DNA of 62,954 bases, counting the filler, from Octopus bimaculoides (taxonomy: Eukaryota): assembly GCF_001194135.2 (NCBI RefSeq). It is 9 parts of 9 records of this genome, joined end to end, with 100 filler letters (N's around TTAATTAATTAA, not from the genome) between each part and the next. Parts side by side here need not be neighbours in the genome. Positions count along the whole stretch, not along the records: positions 21,804 to 50,099 come from NC_068981.1; positions 50,200 to 53,498 come from NW_026311321.1; 7 more parts are not named here. The stretch is one strand, 5' to 3'. Positions 39,890 to 52,095 of this stretch are shown in pieces. Position numbers and translations under genes: made by a program. Each line of letters starts with the position of its first letter. Position 1 is the stretch's first letter. Under the pieces are notes generated by a model. It was given only the letters and a program-made list of their open reading frames with translations. It was not told where the DNA came from and ran no database searches.

Positions 39890-40620
39890 CATATTACAGC
39901 CGAATGAAGAAGTAAAAAAAATAAGAAATTTGGACATCAGAACTCTCTGCATTCCATACAACAGTGGCGGACAGTGTGTTGCAGTGCCAGTACTCATATC
40001 AATATTTGGGCTGCTTGATTGGACGCTTGATGAGATCCGAGCCATTGATGTGAAAACCTGAAAAATATTAACAAGCAAACCTAATTTCCACATAAACAGT
40101 GATGTAGGCCGCTTCTACCTAAAACAGTAACAAAGTGGCAGAGGCTTCATATCGATCCAAAATTCCATTGAATGTCGCATCATATTCCTTCGGTAACTTC
40201 TTTTAACCACCAAGTGTCGAAGTTCATCACTTGACCAAGTTTGCATACATGAGGCTGACATCATCAGTGTCGAAAGGCAGCTCCTTGAGCAACTTTCTTT
40301 TTCTGATAACCTAGAATAAATGACCAAAGAAGTCGCACGACTCTACCGCAAAGTGTCATCACAAGAAAGGATGAGCCTATAGGAGCAGAAGACTATGCAT
40401 GGATATGTTAGTAGAAAGCTCCGATAGGATAATAACACTGTTCATGAAAGTAGTCTATCATGGTTCAATAGCCGAATTACTACCTCCCACTTTGAAGGGT
40501 ATGTGTTTTGTAATCCAGAAACAAGAACTATCAACCAAATACCTGATGCCCAGAAGGGACAGAGGTGCAGGAAATGCAGTAAAATGTGAGAACCGATGCT
40601 GACTACAGATCTAGTCCATC
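39890..40620 (+). mobile_element. R4/Dong-like LINE fragment (post-RT region to zinc knuckle)
   Basis: VPVLISIFGLLDWTLDEIRAIDVKT*KILT...FHINSDVGRFYL...GRG and TSHFEGY..IQKQELSTKYL...NRC motifs. Confidence 0.8.
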
Positions 40621-41017
40621 ACTAAAAATCTGTAAAACTTTTCAAAAGTTTAGCATTTGTTTTGCTTTTTGCATTTATTCTCATGCACATAGTTGCATAT
40701 CTAGACATGCTCATGTATATACATGAGCATGTCTAGATGTGCAACTATGTGCATGAGAATAAATGCAAAAAGCAAAACATACAAATCTGCACATATACAT
40801 ACATACATACATGCATGCATGCATGCATGCATACATACGTACATAAATACATACATACATACATACATACTCTGTGTTGATGTTGAAATTCCAATGAAGG
40901 AGCCTTGGATCTGGGTTAGAAACTGGCTCTTTCTCTATTGGCAAGTAATCTTGAAATGGAGCTAAACAATGACATACGTACATACGTACATACATACATA
41001 CATACATACACACACAC

Positions 41018-41050
<33 letters not shown>

Positions 41051-41099
41051 CACACATACATACATACATACATACATACATGCATGTATGCATATATAG

Positions 41100-42482
41100 A
41101 GCCAATATCAATCACAAGTTTGCTTCCAACCTACAAGCATTATAGAGAGAGATGAAGAAGGAAAACATTACCATTAAGAAAGTTCTCTCCTAAGAAGATT
41201 CCGGTCAAAACTTTGGAACGAATTGCATCGTGGTTGAGTGCAACTGAAAGAAAATACTGTACCAACACTAACAGTAAAACATACATAATTGATGCAGAAA
41301 CCTTCGCTATAGCAGTAGCAAACTGCAGAATGGGAAGGCACCTGGAAGGGACCTAACAGTTGGATATTGATACGAGAAGCTGACATTTCATAGAAACCAA
41401 TTGATATGTATGTATGTTCAAAAGGATTATGTAAGGTCAGATTGAAATACCCAATTGGCTTGGTACAGCAAGATCAAATCTTATTGCCAAAAATGAAAAC
41501 ACCGAGATGGCAAGAAACTACAAGTCCATTGCTTGCCTAAACATTATATACAAACCGTACACAAGTATCCTCAAACAATTCCTTCAGGACCATTGTGAGT
41601 CGAATAACATTGCGACTGATGAACAGGCTGGTGAAAAGAAGGATGTGTGGGGATATGCCGAACAACGTTTTTATAAACAAAGCTGTACCGCCTGAAGTAA
41701 GAAAACAACGTAGAAACCTTGTGACAATAAGAAGGCATTCGACTCTATCCCTCGTTCATGGCTGTTGAAGTGCCTACATCTGGCAAATGTACCTACTACC
41801 TTAATTACTACTATAGAGAGACTCACAAAGACATAGACAACAATTCTTGCCCTTCCAACTGAGAACAGAATAGTTGTTTCTGATAGTATAGGCATTTCAA
41901 AGGGAATATTCCAGGGTGATAGTATTTCTGTACTCCTTTTCATTTTGGCACGGAATCCATTATCGTTCTTACTGCAGAAAATAAATGGTTTCAAGCTAGG
42001 ATCTTCAACTGCTAGAAATATCAATGTAACTCACAATTTCTTTGTGGACGACCTCAAGGTTTATGCTAAAATTTTAACAATGAGAAAACACAACTGGAAT
42101 TAATAACATTTTCAGCTGATATAGGCAGGGGATTTGGCCAAAAACATTGTTCGTATTTGGTTATAGAACGAGGAAATTCAGTCCCACAAACCCAAAACCT
42201 GAACATCAACGGTCTCTCTATCTCCCCCATTCCACACAAAGAATGTTACAAGTACCTAGGCATAGACGAAAATGTATCACATGCGGGCACTGTAAATAAA
42301 GATAGAGTGACCCGAGAATATTACACCAGTCATCTTACAACAAAACAATATATGGGATACTTGATTAATTAGTAGATGATATAGATATCAAAACCCGCAA
42401 AATCCTGACAACAACTGGGAGCTTTCACAGAAACAGTGATGTTGACAGGCTCTACCTAAGAAGAAATGAAGGTAGTAGAGGC

Positions 42483-42485
<3 letters not shown>
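41100..42485 (+). mobile_element. R4/Dong-like LINE RT fragment
   Basis: NYKSIACLNIIYK, KAFDSIP, GIFQGDSIS, FFVDDLK, YKYLGIDEN and SFHRNSDVDRLYL motifs, with stops and frameshifts. Confidence 0.85.
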
Positions 42486-42534
<49 letters not shown>

Positions 42535-42684
42535 TAAAGGAAAGAGAGTGTATGTATGTGCGCGTGCGTGTGTTTGTATGTGTATACACATGTATATTTA
42601 TATATGTATATACATACGTATATATATATATATATATATATANNNNNNNNNNNNNNNNNNNNNNNNNNNNNNNNNNNNNNNTAT

Positions 42685-43314
42685 ATAAATTGGAAACGCA
42701 AAAATAAAAACAAAACACAAAGGATTCTGCGGTACACGTGTTTCAAGCTTTATAGTTGTTGCATCATTATTGGTATATAATTGATAGTATAAAGCTATCT
42801 TCAGCCGCAAATATATTCTTTCCCAAGAATTATATCATAAAGAATAAATTAAAATAGGGAGAAACATGAGAGATAAAAGGTGAGATTCCACTTGGTATTG
42901 TCCATTGTAATATACCTCGCAGAATTTTTAATTTGATATATTTACACAAAAGTTCCTCGGTACTCCGAAATCTGTCCATATTGTGCCACAAACCAGTGTA
43001 GAGTGAATTGTGGCACAATATGGACAGATTTCGGAGTACCGATGAACTTTTATGTAAATATGTCAAATTAAAGATTCTACGAGGTATATTACAATGCACA
43101 ATACCAAGTGAACTCTCACCTTTTATCTCTCATGTTTCTCCCTATTTTAATTTCTTCTTTGTGATATAATTCTTGGGAAAGAATATATTTGCGGCTGAAC
43201 ATAGATTTATACTATCAAATATATAAAAATAATAATGCAACAACTATAAAGTTTGAAATACGTGTACCGCAGAATCCTTTGTGTTTTGTTTTTATTTTTA
43301 CGTTTCCAATTTAT
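42685..43314. mobile_element. Foldback/MITE-like element: about 307-bp inverted arms around a 16-nt loop
   Basis: 42685-42991 is the near reverse complement of 43008-43314; loop ACCAGTGTAGAGTGAA at 42992-43007. Confidence 0.85.
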
Positions 43315-43419
43315 TCTTTCACCCCGGCCACGATCTGGTATATACAGGTGCTTACAATTATCAAGTATTACCTCTAACATTTACTTTACCTACGTGATTC
43401 ACGTTGTCCTTCTGATTGG

Positions 43420-43457
<38 letters not shown>

Positions 43458-43460
<3 letters not shown>

Positions 43461-45327
43461 GAGTAAGTGGAGAAACGAAAGAATGGAACTCAACCAATTT
43501 ATTGGGAGTTACATGTATGGATCAAAACAGCTTGATTCAAAATCGTCGGTACTCTTGAGTTTCAAGCATGATGCTAGTCGTCAGCGATTTTGAATTTGAA
43601 TGACAGAAGTTGATTGTTTTTACCGTAAAGTGGGCTGAGATTGGTCGAGGAAGGTGGATTTCTTGGACGTAAACTTAGACATTAGTACTGGAAACCTAAC
43701 GAAGATACAATACACATTCACAAGAGTTCAAACCATCCCCCGCTGTAATTAGCAGCCTGGTTCCAGGCATTAGTAAACGACTATCTAATCCCTCGGCCAA
43801 TACAGAGATCTCTAAGAGGGCCGCCCCGCCCACTTCAACGAAGCTTTGGATAGGAACGGGTTTACTGAGCTCACGTATATGGACAACCCCTAACACTCTC
43901 GCCCCATTTCAAAAGGATAACAAGAAAGAAAATTATATGGTATAACACCCATTTTAACCTAGAAGTTTTGACCAACGTAGCTAGGGGCTCCCTGTTGTTA
44001 ATAAAGAAACACTTCCCCCAGAGGCCAAAAGTATTACAAACTCTTCAACCCCATAATGTTAAGGTGAGCTACTCCTTCTTAGATAACATCAGATCAACAT
44101 CGCACGCATCATCAGACGTAAAACTTCACCAACACCATCCCCAAACCCAATCTGAAACTCCCAAACACCACCATGTGCCCTCTAGAAAGATCTTGTCTCT
44201 CAAGGGCCGTAGTATACAGAGCCACCCTTATACCTTCCGATGGCATTACTAGGTACTACACGGGTATAACAGCTAATGACTTCAAGGGATGATACTCCCA
44301 TCATATACACTCGTTCAGATACAGGGACACAGAGAAATCTACTTCCCTGTCTCGTTTTCTCTGCTGTCTCCGTGATCTCCGAGATGAAATACCCAGCATC
44401 AAGTGAACTATTGTCGTAGAGCGTCACCATATTCACCCGGCGCCCCCAACTGCTACCTCTTCCTCCGCGGAAAACTGCATATCCTCCAACAACCTGCAGT
44501 ATAAATCAACAAGAAATACGATTTATCGTATTGCTGTCACCAGAGACATGCCCTTCTAGCAAATTTCAGGCCTCTGACTGCGGACAACTCGGATATATCA
44601 CCGCCTGCACCATGGTCACTGCTACTAACCAACCCCCATGAACAGGACCACCATTTAGCAATCCCAAACATTTACCAGCCCCCAATGCATACCAATTCCC
44701 AGCGTTTTCTAATTCTCAAAGCTTACCATTATCTAAGGCACACTGGTGTGCATGCGTACATGCATGCGAATATACATTTTTTCATATGAATGAATACGCA
44801 TGTGTGTGTATGCGTGTATGTGTGTGCATGTGTCGTATGCGTGTGTGTGCATGTGCGCGCGCGTGTGTGCATGTGCGCGCGTGCGTGTTCGTCCAAGCGC
44901 ACGTGTGGGTGGGGGTACTGACGTCTGCGTGCACGCCCATGTACAGATGTGCACACTCGAATTAATATATACATGCACACAAAACTATATGAGCGTGTCT
45001 ACACACCCACATATAGAACTATATACTTTCACATGCCACCCCTTCCTACTTCGCTCCAACAATCTGACCGATTTCTAATCGCCAGGTGGTCTATTTCCTG
45101 TCCTGCACGCCGTCAATTTTGTGTTCGCCATGCGGTATTTTCCAACTAACTGTTACACACATACCAACAACAAACTACGACAACGCGTGACCTTCTTCGA
45201 CCAATCGCAGCCCACTTTACGGTAATAAAAAATACAACTTCTATCATTGAAATTCAAAATTACTGACGACTAGAATGATGTTTGAAACTCAAGAGTACCA
45301 ATGAATTTGAATCAAACTGCTTTGATC
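43458..45327. mobile_element. Long-TIR DNA element (Tc1-like), right end lost in gap
   Basis: 43520-43655 is inverted at 45190-45327 with scattered mismatches. The left end is placed at TA|CACGAGTAAGTGG, where the (TA)n tract ends. Confidence 0.6.
43656..44580 (+). mobile_element. Degenerate Penelope-like element 3' portion (RT C-terminus/thumb, linker, GIY-YIG endonuclease)
   Basis: DFLDVNLDISTG, IHKSSNHP, KIIWYNTPF...KKHFP...KVSYS, CLSRAVVYRATL...YYTGITANDFK, and NCYLFLRGK...INKKYDLSYCCHQR motifs. Confidence 0.85.
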
Positions 45328-45783
45328 NNNNNNNNNNNNNNNNNNNNNNNNNNNNNNNNNNNNNNNNNNNNNNNNNNNNNNNNNNNNNNNNNNNNNNNNN
45401 NNNNNNNNNNNNNNNNNNNNNNNNNNNNNNNNNNNNNNNNNNNNNNNNNNNNNNNNNNNNNNNNNNNNNNNNNNNNNNNNNNNNNNNNNNNNNNNNNNNN
45501 NNNNNNNNNNNNNNNNNNNNNNNNNNNNNNNNNNNNNNNNNNNNNNNNNNNNNNNNNNNNNNNNNNNNNNNNNNNNNNNNNNNNNNNNNNNNNNNNNNNN
45601 NNNNNNNNNNNNNNNNNNNNNNNNNNNNNNNNNNNNNNNNNNNNNNNNNNNNNNNNNNNNNNNNNNNNNNNNNNNNNNNNNNNNNNNNNNNNNNNNNNNN
45701 NNNNNNNNNNATATATATATGTACGTATGTATGTTTGTATGTATACGTATATATATATATATTTGTATAATAAAAGAATAGGA

Positions 45784-45829
<46 letters not shown>

Positions 45830-45957
45830 TGTATATATGTGTGTGTGAGTGTGTGTGTGTGTGCGTGTGCGTGTGTGTGTGTTAATCTTATTCTTCTATA
45901 GACACATCACCATATACATATACATAAATATGTGTGAAGTACGCTTCCACTCCACAT

Positions 45958-45994
<37 letters not shown>

Positions 45995-46501
45995 CGCACA
46001 CACGCACGTACACACACACTCACACATCCACACACGTACAGTTAATTAAGAAATGAAACATTTTCTTCACCTGAAATCTCTATGACATTAACTATTTAAT
46101 ATAAAACACTTTAAAAGCCAATCCATGAGAGCAACACTTCAGGCTATTAATCTATTGTTCACGGTTTTTCTTTGATGAAAACCCTATTTTATTATCTATA
46201 TTTAATTACCGCACGAACTCTGCGCTATCAGCGTAATCAGCTTGTTGACATTTATCCCATTATTGACCTTTGAAAAATTACTNNNNNNNNNNNNNNNNNN
46301 NNNNNNNNNNNNNNNNNNNNNNNNNNNNNNNNNNNNNNNNNNNNNNNNNNNNNNNNNNNNNNNNNNNNNNNNNNNNNNNNNNNNNNNNNNNNNNNNNNNN
46401 NNNNNNNNNNNNNNNNNNNNNNNNNNNNNNNNNNNNNNNNNNNNNNNNNNNNNNNNNNNNNNNNNNNNNNNNNNNNNNNNNNNNNNNNNNNNNNNNNNNN
46501 N

Positions 46502-46569
<68 letters not shown>

Positions 46570-47435
46570 GTTTAAAAATATGTTCTTGAAGATGCACCTG
46601 AATTTGAAAAAAAATTGTAATTCTTTTTAAATAAATTTATTTGCATACATACCAAACTAGTCTCAATAATATTTTTTGCTTATCAGTGGTAAAAATTCAA
46701 AATTTCGAAGTAGAAAAATATGCTTAAAGTATTCAATGCTTACAAAATTCAATAATATCAAATATGATGTAATGTTCACAACATTCAATAATAGAAAAAT
46801 GTGGATTTCCTTGTTTAAATGCACAAAATGTGTCAGAAGTGATCGATAAGAAATGTGGATCACTGAGTTAAGCTGGAGAAAAACAACGGAGAAACGAAAA
46901 TAGTAAAAATGAGTTTTCTGTTACAGTTTCGGTTAATCTTTTTCCGTCGTGTGCAAGGGTTTTCGCTTGTAAAGGTGTTTTTTTTCTTTAATCCAGTGTA
47001 TTTATAATTTTTTTTCTATGAACGGATCTGATTTTTGATTCTTTAACGTACTGATGACGTCTTATTCTTCTGGTGGTCAGGTTTGTCGTTCTGCCTGGCA
47101 GAACCCTGTCTTGTATCGTTACATGTTATTTAACTAATTACTGGGACCCTGACAGGGGATGCTACTTCGGTTCAGAGTAGACTTGAGAAAGATTGAGCCT
47201 AAAAGGTGGTTCCATACTCCTCAAAATCCATCATGAAACTCCCGTAAGAATTCCCACTTCTGGAACCATTTTAAAGTCGAAACCCACCACTAATCATATA
47301 TCAAATGACATATTTATCCAGATTTGCAAAGTATCTTCTTAAGATGGGCACATATAAATCAAAATAGACCTCAAATACTTTGATAGGAAATATTAAAACT
47401 AATACTGTAAAAAAAAATATCAAAACCATTTCAAT

Positions 47436-48320
47436 ATTATCTGATCAATAAGTATCCGGACTGTTGCTATAATTACGAAGCTGAAGCATGCAGAGTGAAA
47501 TTGCTCAGCAGCGATTGACCTTAAACTGTGCTGTGCATGCGCACTAAGTTTTAACATTCTAGCTCACTTCCGCTGTTTACAGTAGTGATTTGAAGAAACG
47601 TTTGTAGCACATGATCGTCGCATAAACCATGACAGAGAAAGTTCTCATGGCGATACCTGCCAAGCGACTACGCAAATTTGCAGAAAGTGTATGAAGAGGA
47701 GTGTATGAGACTCTTACGAGTGGTTCAGGCGTCTCCAAGATGGCCGATAAAATTTCGATGTTGACGAACGTTCTCGGAGACCAGCAACCAGCAGAACCGA
47801 GAAAAACATCGCAGATGTGCGTTCAGCTGTGATGGGAAATCGTTGAATCACCATCCGTGACTTATCAGAGGATGTGCAGATTAATTACAGTTCAGTTCAG
47901 TCCATAATCACTGAAGATTTGGGTATGAGACGCGTGTCTGCCAAGTTTGTGCCAAAATTTCTTTCAACTAACTAAATGGACACTTGGGTTTCAGTTACAC
48001 CAGATCTCTTTGATTGTGTGGAGAACGATGAACATTTTTTGAAAACTTGGCGTACGCCTCTCAACAGATATCGCCAAGCTTTTGGCAAAATTTAGTGCAG
48101 ATTCTCTGCTCAACTTTCTCTGTCATGGTCAATGTACCGATCATACGCTGCACACCTTCCTCCAAGCATTGTTGTAAACAGCAGAAGTGAGGTTGAACGT
48201 TAATATTTAGTGCGCATGCACAGCAGCGTTTAAGGTCAATGCGTGCCAAGCAGCTTTACTCTGCGTGTCTTAGCTTCGTTACTATGGCAACAGTCCGGAT
48301 ACTTATTGATTAAACCAATT
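47436..48320. mobile_element. Non-autonomous mariner derivative made of two inverted 5' ends plus the 5' part of the transposase
   Basis: Left arm (about 47441-47670) is inverted at about 48063-48312 (TGATCAATAAGTATCCGGACTGTTGC / GCAACAGTCCGGATACTTATTGATTA). The start MTEKV is present in both arms. Internal YEWFRR...DERSRRP...ITIRDL...LGMRRVSAKFVPK. Confidence 0.85.
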
Positions 48321-48330
48321 ACTCATATTA

Positions 48331-48548
48331 AGGCGACGAGCTGGTAAAAATGTTACCACGCCAGACACAATGCTTCCAAGCATTTAGTCCGTCTTTGTGT
48401 TCTGAGTTAAAATGACGCCTGAGTCGATGTTACCTTTCATCCTTCAGAGGTCGATAAAATAAGTACCACTTGAGTACTAGGGTCAATGCAATCATCTTGA
48501 CACCTCCCCCAAAATTGTTGGCCTTGTACCAAAATTTGAAATCAATAT
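48331..48548 (+). mobile_element. SINE family C
   Basis: AGGCGACGAGCTGG head and CCTTTCATCCTTCAGAGGTCGATAAAATAAGTACC core. Confidence 0.8.
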
Positions 48549-50050
48549 TATATTCTAATATTAGCCTTTAACGCTTTCATATTATATTTCTAAATATTAC
48601 ACTAAGTTAGTGAAAAATGTTTCATTATATCAAATCTTTTATTATTTAGTATTTCTTCGGTTAGGAAAATTTTATTCCAAAATAATGATACCAGTTATTA
48701 TCTAAGTTATACTTTATTACGTTATAAGAAAATTATACAGACCAAGTTACTATATCATTAAATGCATACTTTACATTATATAAAATTTGTATATTACACA
48801 TTTTCAATAAGCAACCAAATCTACTTCATTATGGAATATGTTCTGAATTTTTGTGCCTGTATAATCTTAATACTATCGAAATAAAAATAAAAAGATGATG
48901 AATCATTCACAGTTTTCTCTTAAAATAAAAGTATATAATTGGGTATAAACTTGTTAGACATCAAACAGCGCTATTACAAAAGTGACCTATTATATATTAA
49001 TCTCATATACTTTTGTAAGGCTTTTGACAAGTAATACATTTTTTAGGAGTAAGTTTGGTATCATTAACAGCAATATCGGTTGTCTAAATGTATGTCAAAA
49101 TGCAGGCGAATGATAAAAGTTGACATGAATAAGAGCAATGCTTCCCTCAATGGTTGTCTGAGGATAGTCCCCATCTTGTTTTTGTTTTTGTCAACTAAGT
49201 GTAACTAAGGTCTTGTATCGCAAAAAATGTATGTAATAGTGTGAATTACCGCAAAATTGACTATAACTGCGAGACGCAGGTGGACAACCGACACATTCCG
49301 AGAAGACTATAACCGCATAGCAAAGATGGCATTAAGGCTGCTGAAAGCGCGCGCGCACGCTTGTGTGTGTGCATTAACTTTTATATTTCTTTGTTAATAT
49401 CGATATGCATACTTACGAATACACTTACACACACGCACACACGCGTATGTATATTATCTCCTATATACTATACTGAAATATTTTTCATGAATTTTGCTTC
49501 TAAATACATTTCCGCCAATACTTTGCTTATTGCTAACCAAAAATCTATAGTATTTTTACGCTTTAAACGTTCCATTCAATTGCAACAGATTTATTTCTAT
49601 ATTCTTAAAGCTCATTTAACTTGTCTTTTTCATGGATATTCAATAAACTTTCACTTGCAGTCTTCTAAATTACATATTAAATTCTTTATAGTACAGCTAC
49701 ATGCACACTACCGCTAAGGATCTTTTGATAACTCATTAAGTCACTCCCCTTATATAGCTTTCAAATAAGTCTTCTGCTAAAATTGATGATGTTTTGATGC
49801 TTAATTCTGCAAAAATAATGATTTAATTCTGCTAAAATTGGTGATACTTTGGTGCTTAATGATTAAATTAGCCCAAAGACTAAACTGGCAGATATTATTT
49901 CATAAACATAAATACACATAAACTAAGCAATCCATAGAACTAGATTCCTTTACCGATATATGGTAGTTATCTCATTCTTTTCTCTTTATCATTTAAAACG
50001 AAATGGACACCTGAGTTTCAAGATATTCGGGTTTAATATATGTATTGTAA

Positions 50051-50099
<49 letters not shown>

Positions 50100-50199
50100 N
50101 NNNNNNNNNNNNNNNNNNNNNNNNNNNNNNNNNNNNNNNNNNNTTAATTAATTAANNNNNNNNNNNNNNNNNNNNNNNNNNNNNNNNNNNNNNNNNNNN

Positions 50200-50465
50200 T
50201 TAAAAACTCTCTCTATGCAATGAGAAATTTTAACCTTCGCTCTTTGGATCTTTCTGGATTAAAAAAGATAAATGTTCTTGTGGATAATATATTTGAAGCA
50301 TTACAAAACACTTCCCTTCAAACATTAATCTTAAGTCACAGTAACATCTCACATGTCAACAGCAACACATTCAAACTATTAGATTCTCTTGAAGTTCTGA
50401 AACTAGATTTTTGTCAAATTACCAGTTTAGAAGAATCTACATTCACAAATTTGACTCGTTTAAGA
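50200..50465 (+). CDS. Toll-like receptor, LRR ectodomain segment (5' incomplete, bounded by gaps)
   Basis: Open frame KNSLYAMRNFNLRSLDLSG...LQTLILSHSNI...LEVLKLDFCQI...FTNLTRL contains consecutive LxxLxLxxNxI-type repeats. It starts at the edge of a 100-bp placeholder gap and ends at gap 50466-50801. Confidence 0.85.
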
Positions 50466-50801
50466 NNNNNNNNNNNNNNNNNNNNNNNNNNNNNNNNNNN
50501 NNNNNNNNNNNNNNNNNNNNNNNNNNNNNNNNNNNNNNNNNNNNNNNNNNNNNNNNNNNNNNNNNNNNNNNNNNNNNNNNNNNNNNNNNNNNNNNNNNNN
50601 NNNNNNNNNNNNNNNNNNNNNNNNNNNNNNNNNNNNNNNNNNNNNNNNNNNNNNNNNNNNNNNNNNNNNNNNNNNNNNNNNNNNNNNNNNNNNNNNNNNN
50701 NNNNNNNNNNNNNNNNNNNNNNNNNNNNNNNNNNNNNNNNNNNNNNNNNNNNNNNNNNNNNNNNNNNNNNNNNNNNNNNNNNNNNNNNNNNNNNNNNNNN
50801 N

Positions 50802-50854
50802 GGAAAATCTCAAGATTTTGAAGTTACAACACAATCGTATTAATGTTATTCCAG
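50802..50854 (+). CDS. Toll-like receptor, end of LRR exon up to splice donor
   Basis: Frame starting at 50803 reads ENLKILKLQHNRINVIP-G (an LRR), followed by the consensus donor CAG|GTGAGT at 50855. This frame has no start codon, so it is not in the ORF track. Confidence 0.8.
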
Positions 50855-52095
50855 GTGAGTAATAAAAGTTTTCTTTTAGAACAGACGAATAACATTTTGC
50901 TTTATTGAGTCTTAAGAAAGAGACACAATTGATTTTGATGGTGGTGTGCCACCCTCCTGGCTGAGGAGTAAAAACAAAATGCCTCAGTAGATATAGAGCT
51001 GAACAACTAATCCTTATGTTAAAGTATTCTTCAAGCACTTGTATATTTAGGTACAATGCTTGTTTATTTAGGGAGTGCATTTATGTATTTAGAGAAGTAT
51101 ACTTGTCTATTTAGGGATTTACTTGTCTATTTAGCACTTAATTTCATATACCTCAGTATTCAGTATCATCTGAGAATGTTATTTACCAGAAACTAGCTTT
51201 TCATCTACTTGGAGCCTGAAATATGGAGGGCTGCACCATTTAAGGTCTATTAACAGATTGCATCAAAGGCATACTGCTATAAAAAGTGACAAGGGTAGGA
51301 AAGTTAGATGATTTGCTATATAAACTTTAATTAGAGGTATTAGTTAGAGTTTGTGAGGAGAGACTACTGCAGTGGGTGTAATTTTCTAGTTGAAGAAATA
51401 CCCTGTTATTTGATATTAGAGCATCAGGTCAGTCATGTCTGAGCAGAACAATGATTATTGATGTTCCAGCTTTGAGCAATCCTTCCTTTTACTGGGTATT
51501 TCTAGGGCTNNNNNNNNNNNNNNNNNNNNNNNNTTTTTAAGACAGAGGGCCTGGAGTTTTGAGGGAAATATCATGGTTTGTGAATACATTATACATGAGG
51601 GAGTAAAAGAAAGTAGCAAAGTTCCTTCCTGAGTCATATAGACTCATAGAGATAGTTTCCATGGCATGTATATATTCCCCACCTAGAGAGGACACTAGTC
51701 TGTTGCAGGATTNNNNNNNNNNCATTTTTGCCAGCTGAGTGGACTGGAGAAAAATGAAATGAAGTGTTTTGCTCAAGAACACAACGTGTCAGTTGGTCCA
51801 GAAATCAAAACCACAATTTTGCAATTATGAGTCCAACACCCTAACCACTATGCCACATGCCTCCACTATGCATGAGGGAAGCAGAACTAAAATCAAGATA
51901 AAATAGTTTACTGAAAGGCAGATATGAAAGAAGTAAGGTATGAGGAAAAGGTGCCTCCATCGGNNNNNNNNNNNNNNNNNNNNNNNNNNNNNNNNNNNNN
52001 AGAGTATGAGGATAATGAAAACATGTACGTGACATTATGATTATAGCATGTCGTGATGTGTGATGCAATGTTTATGTATCTATTGTTTCTTGCAG
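50855..52095 (+). other. GT-AG phase-1 intron of the TLR gene (about 1.24 kb, contains a SINE and small gaps)
   Basis: GTGAGT donor plus pyrimidine tract and CAG acceptor. Splicing gives RINVIP-G-GLFSTLAGLSDLQLGSNDI, which keeps normal LRR spacing. Confidence 0.82.
51620..51866 (-). mobile_element. tRNA-derived SINE inside the TLR intron
   Basis: Reverse complement GTGGAGGCATGTGGCATAGTGGTTAGGG head with GTTGTGTTCTTGAGCAAAACACTTCATTTC...CACTCAGCTGGCAAAAATG core. Confidence 0.7.

Noticed and set aside
49361-49717. ORF as the missing TLR signal peptide or N-terminus
   Set aside because: Starts in a (TG)/(CA) tract, has no LRR-NT or LRR pattern, no clear donor, and is separated from the TLR by a placeholder gap.
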